Of a stretch of DNA of 30,866 bases, positions 16,765 through 24,600 are shown one piece after another; position 1 is the stretch's first letter; the number at the start of each line of letters is the position of its first letter. A program made the position numbers and the translations under genes. The notes under the pieces are model-generated. The model saw nothing but the letters and a program-made list of their open reading frames with translations. It had not been told where the DNA came from and did not search any database. Origin of the DNA: Candidatus Hadarchaeota archaeon (GTDB taxonomy: Archaea > Hadarchaeota > Hadarchaeia > Hadarchaeales > Hadarchaeaceae); NCBI GenBank assembly GCA_040755315.1, contig JBFMBF010000014.1, positions 1 through 30,866 of the forward strand, written 5' to 3'.

Positions 16765-16773
16765 ACCCGGCAG

Positions 16774-18057
16774 TTATCTGTTCAGTCTTTTTATGTCGAT
16801 TTTGAGCGAGTGGACAGAACACGAGATGCACGGGTCATAGCTGCGGATGAGCATCCCGCTCAACTTGGCGAGCTCTTCATCCGGCGAGTCTATCCGGCCC
16901 TCCACAAGTACTTTGAGCATTTCTTCCATGTTTGCGAGGTTTTGCGCCGTTGGAGGGATTATCCTAGCCCGCTTTATCCTTCCGGAGGCATCAAGCTCGT
17001 ACTCATGGTAAAGCATGCCCCTCGGCGCCTCGGTTATCCATGTCCCCTTCGATGCTTTTGGTTCTACTGGAACTCTGCTCCTCAACGGTTCTTTATAATC
17101 TTCCAAGATTCCCACGGAATCTTCGATTGCATTTATAGTCTCAAGTATCCGCGCAATGTTTTGTGTGAAGACATTTCTTTCATCAACAGCATCGGCGTAC
17201 CTCTTGGGAACAGGACGCAGAGAGTCCAGGTTCAGCTTTAACCTTGACAGTGGCCCAACAAGGAACGTGCTTCGGCCCTTAACTCGGGCATGGTAAGCCG
17301 TGGAGTGAGGGACCTGGTATTCCTCAATGTTGTTGCAAAAATCCCCCTGCTTTATGTGGAGCCCCTTGTTAGACATGACATCTCCGGCGCTCATGGGGTA
17401 CTCCTCCGGATCCCACAGAGACGCCACTTCAACGTCGTGGTCAAGCTCTGGCATGGCCACCTTGTCCAGAACCCACTCTGTCACCATCTGCATGTTTTTC
17501 TCAACTTCTTTCAGCGGCTCAAGCATAGCTTTCAGCTTGCCGGCAGAAGGCAGGCCAGTGAAGCCGCCCACGCACGGGCTGATCGGATGCGTGGCCCTTC
17601 CCCCTATCAGCGCCATTATCTTGTCCCCCACGTTTTTTGTTTCAAGTCCGATTTTGACGATGTCCGGGTGTTCTTTCAAAAGCCCCAAAACATCATTTTT
17701 GCCGAAGAAGTCTGGAAGCGCGAGAAGGAAGAAATGGAGGGCGTGGCTCTGTATCCACTCCCCGCAGTATAACAACCTTCGGACTGTTTCTATATCCTCG
17801 TCAACCTCCACCCCGAAGGCATTTTCAATGGCTTTTGCGGAACTCATCTGGTATGCAACGGGGCATATTCCGCAGATTCTGGCAGTGATGTCCGTGACGT
17901 CCTTATAGCTCCTTCCAACAAGGAAGGCCTCGAAGAATCTTGGCGGCTCAAAGATGTTGACCTCTGTCTCAATCTTGTCGTCCCTTATCTCCACACGTAC
18001 TCTTCCCTCACCCTCAACCCTCGTTAGAGGGTTTACCCCAAAGACTCTGCCGCTCAA
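16774..18057 (-). CDS. hydA: Group 3b [NiFe]-hydrogenase large (alpha) subunit
   Basis: 'TRVEGEG', L1 RICGIC, 'EAPRG', L2 DPCISCSVH followed by an 11-aa cleavable extension. Confidence 0.95.
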   Translation of the reverse strand: MSGRVFGVNPLTRVEGEGRVRVEIRDDKIETEVNIFEPPRFFEAFLVGRSYKDVTDITARICGICPVAYQMSSAKAIENAFGVEVDEDIETVRRLLYCGEWIQSHALHFFLLALPDFFGKNDVLGLLKEHPDIVKIGLETKNVGDKIMALIGGRATHPISPCVGGFTGLPSAGKLKAMLEPLKEVEKNMQMVTEWVLDKVAMPELDHDVEVASLWDPEEYPMSAGDVMSNKGLHIKQGDFCNNIEEYQVPHSTAYHARVKGRSTFLVGPLSRLKLNLDSLRPVPKRYADAVDERNVFTQNIARILETINAIEDSVGILEDYKEPLRSRVPVEPKASKGTWITEAPRGMLYHEYELDASGRIKRARIIPPTAQNLANMEEMLKVLVEGRIDSPDEELAKLSGMLIRSYDPCISCSVHSLKIDIKRLNR

Positions 18058-18818
18058 ACATCCACCTCCCTGAACCTGCGTGAGAAGCCGGTGAACTCCC
18101 TGAACTTGTGCTGTATTTCATAATCTTCGAGGCCAATTTCCTTGAATTTGTTCTTCAATGAATCCGGGTTTATCTCCTCCATGGGACCAAAGCAGGAGTA
18201 GCAGTCCCGCCTATAGGAAGGACACAAGGCCCCACAACCTGCCACAGTCACCGGCCCCATGCACGGCAGCCCTTTTCCAACAAGGACGCAGATGTTGCCA
18301 AGCCGCTTGCATTGAATGCAAACGCTCTGCCTTTCTATCCTCGGCCGTTTTCCCGAAAAAAGTGAGGCCATCAAGTCGATCAGGTAAGTTTCATTTATCG
18401 GGCACCCCTGAATCTCGTAATCCAGCTTGACGTGTTCAGATATCGGAGTGGATTTTTCAAGCGACTCTATCCATTCAGGGCGTTTGTAAACGATGTCTGA
18501 GAACTCTTTCATGGAGCCCCAGTTCCTGAGGGACTGAATGCCGCCCGCCGTGGCGCAGGCCCCGATGGTGACCATCAACTTGGATTGTTCCCTTATCTGC
18601 TTCACCCTTTCAATGTGTTCAGGGACGGAGACCGAGCCCTCAACTAGAGCTAGGTCGTACGGCCCTGGCAGTTTTGTGTCGGTGGCCTCAGCAAAATATC
18701 GGATGTCCACATTTTCGGTAATGAACAGCGGCAACTGCTCCACAGCTCTGATTACAGCAAGCTGGCAGCCGTCGCACGAGGCAAACTTGAAGACCCCAAG
18801 CTTCAACTTCTCGGCCAC
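18054..18818 (-). CDS. hydD: Group 3b [NiFe]-hydrogenase small (delta) subunit
   Basis: 'SCDGCQL', 'VEGSVS', 'GACAT.GG', 'GCP', and distal-cluster Cys motifs. Confidence 0.93.
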   Translation of the reverse strand: MAEKLKLGVFKFASCDGCQLAVIRAVEQLPLFITENVDIRYFAEATDTKLPGPYDLALVEGSVSVPEHIERVKQIREQSKLMVTIGACATAGGIQSLRNWGSMKEFSDIVYKRPEWIESLEKSTPISEHVKLDYEIQGCPINETYLIDLMASLFSGKRPRIERQSVCIQCKRLGNICVLVGKGLPCMGPVTVAGCGALCPSYRRDCYSCFGPMEEINPDSLKNKFKEIGLEDYEIQHKFREFTGFSRRFREVDV

Positions 18819-18819
18819 T

Positions 18820-19650
18820 CTAAACCCCCTTTACCCCCAGCAGCCCGGCCAGCTGCTTGTACGTGAATACTGGACCGTCCTTGCAAACGAAGTACCCGCC
18901 GAACTGGCAGTGGCCGCACAGCCCTATGCCGCACCTCATCCGTCTTTCCATCGAAAGAAAAATCCTGTCCGCCGAGATGCCACGCTTGACCAGCTCCTGC
19001 GATACTATTTTCATCATTATCTCCGGGCCGCAGACAATGGCCACGGTGCTGTCGTGTTTTATCTCTATTTGATCGAGCAGGGTGGTGATGAGTCCGACGT
19101 TGCCCTTCCATTGCTCGTCGCCCCTGTCAACAGTCACGCGAACCTCTCCACCCAATTCGCACCACGTGTCGTACTCCTCGGGGAACATCAGGTCTGAGGG
19201 ACTCCTAGCGCCGCATAGCACCTTCACCGAACTGTATTTTTTCCTATTTTTCAGCATGTGGCGGATGGCGGGCCTCAAGGGGCAAAGGCCTATCCCACCG
19301 CCTATCACAATCACATCTTTACCTTCTGTTTTTTCTACTGGCCACCAACTACCGTAAGGCCCGCGCAGGCCAATTATGTCGCCTTCCTTCAGGGTTGAGA
19401 TAGCCTTGCTTATGTATCCCACAGACCTGACGGTGTGCCCAATTTGCTCTTCATCAGGGGAAGAGGAGATGGATATCGGAGCCTCGCCCACGCCATATAC
19501 ATAAAGCATGTTGAACTGCCCCGGCTTGAAGGAGTATTTTTTTCTCTCTTCGGGATTTACAAATTTTACAGAAATTGATATGGTGTCTTTTGTGTGTTGT
19601 ATTTTTTCGACAACTTCCACATTTTTCAGTTCCCAGCTGCTTGGATTCAA
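18820..19650 (-). CDS. hydG: Group 3b hydrogenase gamma subunit (FAD/NAD(P)-binding, 2Fe-2S)
   Basis: 'PGQFNML', 'RGPYG', 'GGGIG', 'CGP', 'RMRCGIGLCGHCQ…C.DGPVF'. Confidence 0.93.
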   Translation of the reverse strand: MNPSSWELKNVEVVEKIQHTKDTISISVKFVNPEERKKYSFKPGQFNMLYVYGVGEAPISISSSPDEEQIGHTVRSVGYISKAISTLKEGDIIGLRGPYGSWWPVEKTEGKDVIVIGGGIGLCPLRPAIRHMLKNRKKYSSVKVLCGARSPSDLMFPEEYDTWCELGGEVRVTVDRGDEQWKGNVGLITTLLDQIEIKHDSTVAIVCGPEIMMKIVSQELVKRGISADRIFLSMERRMRCGIGLCGHCQFGGYFVCKDGPVFTYKQLAGLLGVKGV

Positions 19651-20780
19651 GTCATGTCCCTCCTCAACAGTTTCTCGTTTTCAGTAATGTCAATTCCGAC
19701 CGGGCACCATGTTATGCACCTGCCGCAGCCAACGCACCCGTACACTCCATATTGGTCGACCCAGTAAACCAGCTTGTGCATCATCCACTGCCTGTACCTG
19801 TCGGTTATTGTCGGCCTGACGTTCCCTGTGGCTATTTCCCCGTGATCTATGCTGTAGCAGGAGTCCCACAACCTTCTCCTAACAACTTCATTCTCCTTCA
19901 AATCAATGATGTCAAGTACATCATTGCAGAAGCAGGTGGGGCAAACCATCGTGCAGTTACCGCAACTTAAGCAGGTCTCGGCCGCCTTTGACCAGAGTGG
20001 GCTCGCGATCCTCTTGTAAAGGTCCTCTCTGAGTGTGGTCGTGTCTATGTACTTCACCATTTTCTCAGCAGTTTCGTCTACCAGCCTGTTGGCGCGGTTT
20101 ATTTCGTCCAACGTGGCAGGCCTCATTTCAACGTTTTTCATCGCTTCTGCTCCTTTGTTGCTCCCGACCCTTACAAGGAAGCAGTCTTCCAGCTCGGTTA
20201 GCGCAATATCGTAACCGTTTTTGATTTGTGGTCCAGCGCCCATGGAAGCGCAGAAGCAGTGCTCCCCCGCTCTCGTGCAGGTGACCGCCAACATGAAAAT
20301 TTCTTTTCTTATGGCGAGGTACGAGTCGTCGGGGAACTCCCCCCCCGCGAAAATCTTGTCAAGAACTTTCAAAGCCGTGAGGTCACAAGCCCTTAACCCC
20401 ACGAAAGCCTGCTTTTTCGGATCAATTTTCAGAGGGCGGCAAATGAGCCGGTTGTCTTTTCTGCTAACTTTCATCAAATCAATCTCCGGCAAGAAAAGGA
20501 ACCTTTTGATTGAATTTTGACCATTGACATAAGCAAAATAAGAATTCCCCTCCTTTTTGGTTTTGTACCACCCCGGCCCTTGGACGTCAATGTACCCGAT
20601 GGGTAGGTCTTTTGTTGAATTTATTTCTGCCAGCAGCATTTGCCCGTCTTTCAAAGTTGGGCCAATCAGGGAATATCCAGAAGACTTCAAATTATTGAGA
20701 ATGGTGTCCAGACCTTCCTTAGGTATTGCATAGATTTGCCATCCTCGTGCTTCAGCATCAATGTGTGGGACGTATTTCAT
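19647..20780 (-). CDS. hydB: Group 3b hydrogenase beta subunit (4Fe-4S dicluster)
   Basis: 'CLSCGNCTMVCPTCFC', 'R.RQW..HK', 'GCVGCGRCITWCP'. Confidence 0.93.
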   Translation of the reverse strand: MKYVPHIDAEARGWQIYAIPKEGLDTILNNLKSSGYSLIGPTLKDGQMLLAEINSTKDLPIGYIDVQGPGWYKTKKEGNSYFAYVNGQNSIKRFLFLPEIDLMKVSRKDNRLICRPLKIDPKKQAFVGLRACDLTALKVLDKIFAGGEFPDDSYLAIRKEIFMLAVTCTRAGEHCFCASMGAGPQIKNGYDIALTELEDCFLVRVGSNKGAEAMKNVEMRPATLDEINRANRLVDETAEKMVKYIDTTTLREDLYKRIASPLWSKAAETCLSCGNCTMVCPTCFCNDVLDIIDLKENEVVRRRLWDSCYSIDHGEIATGNVRPTITDRYRQWMMHKLVYWVDQYGVYGCVGCGRCITWCPVGIDITENEKLLRRDMT

Positions 20781-20785
20781 TAATT

Positions 20786-20819
20786 ATCTTTTAAATCAGC
20801 GCACCCCGTATTAAAAGAT
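20786..20819. promoter_or_regulatory. Inverted repeat ATCTTTTAA-N16-TTAAAAGAT spanning the hydrogenase operon promoter
   Basis: Perfect 9-bp arms. The distal arm reads CTTTTAAT on the minus strand about 30 nt upstream of the hydB ATG, which is TATA position. Confidence 0.55.
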
Positions 20820-20835
20820 TTACTAAACATCAAAT

Positions 20836-20853
20836 GAAACAAAAAAGAAAAAT
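20836..20853 (-). terminator. Oligo-T terminator of the histone gene
   Basis: TTTTTCTTTTTTGTTTC on the minus strand, starting about 13 nt after the TAA. Confidence 0.6.
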
Positions 20854-20865
20854 AGGGAAGAGGGG

Positions 20866-21030
20866 TTAAACGTCGAAGCCCCTCAGAGTCTTTCTTCCGT
20901 TACCCTTCGCCCTCTCGATCGCCCGCTTGGCCCTTCGGGCTATAAGAGCGTCGAGTTCCTTGAAGAAGTCTTCGCTTGCCCTCATTCCCTTTATCAAGCT
21001 TCTTACAGCAGATTTCACTATGTATGCCAT
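20866..21030 (-). CDS. 54-aa histone-fold protein (face-to-face/DUF1931-like alpha3 histone), absent from the ORF track
   Basis: MAYIVKSAVRSLIKGMRASEDFFKELDALIARRAKRAIERAKGNGRKTLRGFDV*. RKTxxxxD histone L2 motif, GGAGGTG RBS (21036-21042), TTAAATA TATA box (21071-21077) and T-rich terminator. Confidence 0.9.
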   Translation of the reverse strand: MAYIVKSAVRSLIKGMRASEDFFKELDALIARRAKRAIERAKGNGRKTLRGFDV

Positions 21031-21147
21031 TTATCCACCTCCAATTGCTGGATAATTGTGAGTTCCGCGGTATTTAAGCATAATCGTGGGATTTGGCCAA
21101 AATGGCACTGTTTTGCAATTTTCGCGTATTTAGAAGTTCTGCGCAAT

Positions 21148-22002
21148 TCAGGCCGAGCCACGTTTTATTCGACTTTTCAGCTTTGCAAGCTCTCCCTTCG
21201 ACATCTCGTAGCTTTGCTCAAGCGTCGGGAACTTTCCATCCTTAACCTCTCGTTTGAATTTTGTCAGCGCCCGCGATACTGCCCCGTCAAGTTTTGCATA
21301 GCGCTTCACAAACTTTGGCAGAGTTGCTCCAGTCAGGCCAACCAGATCGTGGAAGACAAGAACTTGGCCGTCGCAGTATGGGCCAGCGCCAATCCCGATG
21401 GTTGGAATTTTTAGTCTTTCCGTTATGAGCTTAGCCAGCTGCCACGGTACGCACTCCAGCACCAGGCTGAAAACGCCCGCCTCCTCAAGCTTTTTCGCAT
21501 CTTCAACAATAGTCTGCGCCGCTTTCACGGTTTTCCCGCTCACCTTGTATCCTCCCAGCTGGTGGATCCATTGAGGAGTGAGCCCCAAATGTCCCATCAC
21601 AGGAACTCCCGAGTCGATCATGGCTTCTATCTTCGCCGTTACCCCTCGCCCGCCTTCGACTTTCACGGCCCGGGCGTGTCCCTCTTTCAAAAAGCGCCCC
21701 GAGTTCCGAATCGCATCTTCTGCCGCCGCTTGATATGACATGAACGGCATGTCTCCGACCACAAGCGCCCGCTTCGACGCTTTTGCAACAGCTTTTGTGT
21801 GGTGAATCATCTCATCCATTGTTACGGAAAGGGTGTCTTGGTGTCCGAGCACAACGCTCGCCAGCGAGTCGCCCACCAGCAGCACATCCACCCCAGCTTC
21901 ATCCGCAAGCCGAGCCGTGAGGTAGTCATAAGCGGCCAACATGACAATGCGCTCGCCTCGGCCCTTCATCTCGCGGAGGGAGGCAGTCGTTACTCTTTCC
22001 AT
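21148..22002 (-). CDS. panB: 3-methyl-2-oxobutanoate hydroxymethyltransferase
   Basis: 'AYD', 'LLVGDSL', 'DMPFMSY', 'VKVEGG', 'HLGLTPQ', 'VLECVP', 'IGIGAG…DGQVLV.HD'. Confidence 0.97.
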   Translation of the reverse strand: MERVTTASLREMKGRGERIVMLAAYDYLTARLADEAGVDVLLVGDSLASVVLGHQDTLSVTMDEMIHHTKAVAKASKRALVVGDMPFMSYQAAAEDAIRNSGRFLKEGHARAVKVEGGRGVTAKIEAMIDSGVPVMGHLGLTPQWIHQLGGYKVSGKTVKAAQTIVEDAKKLEEAGVFSLVLECVPWQLAKLITERLKIPTIGIGAGPYCDGQVLVFHDLVGLTGATLPKFVKRYAKLDGAVSRALTKFKREVKDGKFPTLEQSYEMSKGELAKLKSRIKRGSA

Positions 22003-22086
22003 TCAACCATTCATACCTGAAACCTGGCAAAATAAAGCTGTTGAAAGTGTTTTTAGCCGGGCGGGGAGAGTTACCCTTGTGGTTGA

Positions 22087-24552
22087 GTGGTCGGAGGTTA
22101 CATGGGGCAGCTGCTCCGCGTCGACCTGTCGCGGGGGAAAACAATCGCGCAGCCGATTGACCTGACTATTGCTTATAACTTCCTGGGTGGCAGGGGCTAC
22201 TCGGCAAAGCTACTTCATGATGAGCTGAAGCCGGGTATTGACCCGCTTTCTCCAGGGAACAAGCTGGTTTTCATGACGGGGCCACTCACTGGAACGACCT
22301 TCCCCGGCGCAGGCAGGACCGCGGTAAGCGCGAAGTCGCCCCTGACTGGTACTGTGGCGGACTCCCTGATGGGCGGCGCCTTTGGCACGTTTCTAAAGAG
22401 AGCTGGTTTTGACGGGATAGTTGTGGAAGGAAAATCCGAAGTCCCAGTCTATCTTCATGTAGACGACGGCATGGTGGCAATTCACAGCGCAGCGGATCTG
22501 TGGGGAAAGAGCACCATCCAGACAAGAAAAGACCTTGAGGAAAGGCACAGAGGTGCATGGGTTGCGGCAATTGGCCCGGCCGGAGAGAACCTCTCAAGCA
22601 TCGCGTGCATCTACACGGGCGCGAAAGCGGGGAGGGAAGGCATGGCTGGCAGGTGCGGTCTCGGCGCCGTCATGGGTTCGAAAGGGCTGAAGGCGATAGT
22701 CGTGAATGGCAGCAAAAAGCTAGATGTGGTTCACGAGAATGCCTACAGAAAAATCATCGAAAAAATCAGGCGCACCGTGGAGACGCACCCCATAACAGGA
22801 ATGGACGGGAGCTTGGGCCGATTCGGGACCTCTCTTTTGGTGCACAGGATAACGGCAGCGGGGATGCTGCCGGTAGATAACTTTTCAGGCAGGAGGATCA
22901 CATTCGAGGAGGCCGACAGGTTCTGCGGCGAAACAGTAAAAGAAAAGTACCTTGTTAGAAAAACAGCCTGCTTTGCGTGCCCGACCGCCTGCGGGAGGTG
23001 GGTGAGGGTCGGCGATTGGGAGGGGAAGGGGCCTGAATTTGAAAACACCATCATGCTGGGGCCGAACTCTGGGTTCCTTGATTATGAGAAGGAGATAGTC
23101 CCGCTAAACAGGATGTGTGATGAACTCGGGATAGACGCAATTTCAGCTGGCGTGATTCTGGGCTTTGCGAGGGAAATCGGGAAGGTCAATGGCTTGGAGG
23201 ACGCGGAGACTCTGTTGAAGGATATTGCAGGAGGCAAGTCGGAGTTTTCGAAGGGACTGGCGGCGGCAGCCGGAAAAATAAAGAGCAAGGCGTTGGCGCC
23301 GCACGTGAAAGGACTGGAGCTACCAGCCTACGACCCTCGGGGAGCAAAAGGGATTGCCTTGGCGTATGCAACCTCAAACAGGGGGGGCTGCCATCTCAGA
23401 GCCTACACCATCGCCCCGGAGATCGTCAGCAACCCGGAGTTTGTTGACCCCAACTCGGAAGATGGCAAGGCAAGGCTTGTCGTCAAGATGCAGGACGCGT
23501 TCGCAATTTATGATTCCATGGTTGGATGCAAGTACCACGGTCTTGCCCTTTTCACGACATTGGACTACGAGCTGGACGACATCGCGAAGCTCCTGACCGC
23601 CGTGACCGGCCTGGAGTGGACCAGCAAGTCGCTGCACGAGGTCGGGTCTAGAATAAACAATGTTGAGAGGATGTTTAACTTACGAGAAGGATTCAGCTCG
23701 GTCGACGACAGGCTGCCAGTCCAATTTGGGATAGACCTCTCGAGGATGTTGCGCGATTATTACTCGGAAAGGAAGTGGGGGGCAAAGGGTGCGCCGAAAG
23801 CCCGGCCGCTTCTCAAAAAGCCGAAGAAAGCTGAGGCGGTGGAAGTCGTTGGTGACCCGTTTGATCGTTTGAACTTCCCTGAGCTCCAAGTCGCGCTTGA
23901 CATGGATGCCGAAATCCCAACGATAGCATCTGTGGCGAAGCAGGTCTACGAGGGAGGTTCCAGAATAGTTGAGGCCGGAACGCCATCTGTGAAGAGGCAC
24001 GGCGTGGACGCCCTCATCCCCGCGCTGAGAAAAGCCGCACCGGACGCACTGCTGGTGGCGGATCTTAAGACGATGGATGTCGGGAACCTGGAGGCGAGGA
24101 TAGCCTTCAGGGCCGGGGCGGACGTCGCGGCGGTCCTTGCAATAGGCGGGAGGACAAAGGTCATCGAGGCCGTGAGCGAGGCGGAGCGATGGGACAAGGC
24201 AGTATTAATAGACCTGATAGACTGCCCGGACCCACTCGAGATGATTGAAAGCCTTGTCCGCCACCTGAAGGGGCAGGAGGGCCGCGTCATCCTATGCCTC
24301 CACAGAGGGATAAGCGAGCAGCTGAAGGGCAGGGGAATTTACGAGCAGACCGCACTCATATCCGAAGCCAAAAAGCGGGCCGGAAGGTTCACTCTTGCTG
24401 TTGCTGGTGGTTTGAAGGAAGGGGTGGTGAAGGACGTGGTGAAGGCCGGGGCCGACATATGCATCGCCGGCAGCGCGGTATACAACTCCACGAACCCGAA
24501 GGAAACGGCGAGAAGGATACTCCAAGAGATGAGGGAAGCTCGCGCTGCATGA
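22087..24552 (+). CDS. Aldehyde:ferredoxin oxidoreductase (W/Mo-pterin) fused to a C-terminal 3-hexulose-6-phosphate synthase domain
   Basis: Residues 1 to about 570 carry AOR motifs (LGGRG, KSPLTG, IGPAGE, GLGAVMGSK, CFACPTAC, GPEFE, CDELGID, YDPRG, NRGGCHL, DDRLP). Residues about 596-821 carry HPS motifs (LQVALD, EAGTP, ADLKTMD.GNLEAR, LHRG, VAGG). One uninterrupted frame. Confidence 0.92.
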   Translation: MVGGYMGQLLRVDLSRGKTIAQPIDLTIAYNFLGGRGYSAKLLHDELKPGIDPLSPGNKLVFMTGPLTGTTFPGAGRTAVSAKSPLTGTVADSLMGGAFGTFLKRAGFDGIVVEGKSEVPVYLHVDDGMVAIHSAADLWGKSTIQTRKDLEERHRGAWVAAIGPAGENLSSIACIYTGAKAGREGMAGRCGLGAVMGSKGLKAIVVNGSKKLDVVHENAYRKIIEKIRRTVETHPITGMDGSLGRFGTSLLVHRITAAGMLPVDNFSGRRITFEEADRFCGETVKEKYLVRKTACFACPTACGRWVRVGDWEGKGPEFENTIMLGPNSGFLDYEKEIVPLNRMCDELGIDAISAGVILGFAREIGKVNGLEDAETLLKDIAGGKSEFSKGLAAAAGKIKSKALAPHVKGLELPAYDPRGAKGIALAYATSNRGGCHLRAYTIAPEIVSNPEFVDPNSEDGKARLVVKMQDAFAIYDSMVGCKYHGLALFTTLDYELDDIAKLLTAVTGLEWTSKSLHEVGSRINNVERMFNLREGFSSVDDRLPVQFGIDLSRMLRDYYSERKWGAKGAPKARPLLKKPKKAEAVEVVGDPFDRLNFPELQVALDMDAEIPTIASVAKQVYEGGSRIVEAGTPSVKRHGVDALIPALRKAAPDALLVADLKTMDVGNLEARIAFRAGADVAAVLAIGGRTKVIEAVSEAERWDKAVLIDLIDCPDPLEMIESLVRHLKGQEGRVILCLHRGISEQLKGRGIYEQTALISEAKKRAGRFTLAVAGGLKEGVVKDVVKAGADICIAGSAVYNSTNPKETARRILQEMREARAA

Positions 24553-24600
24553 AGGTCTGCAAAGGTTTTAGTGTTTGGCTTTCCATGTGTGAGTGATACA

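Noticed and set aside
16774..18057. Selenocysteine ([NiFeSe]) hydrogenase or intein
   Set aside because: All four metal ligands are Cys codons, there is no in-frame TGA, and the lengths of this and the other housekeeping genes leave no room for inteins.
17327..19197. Long antisense ORFs opposite the hydrogenase genes (193 aa, 219 aa) and similar shadow ORFs elsewhere
   Set aside because: They are antisense or alternative frames of well-supported genes, as expected from codon bias, and have no motifs.
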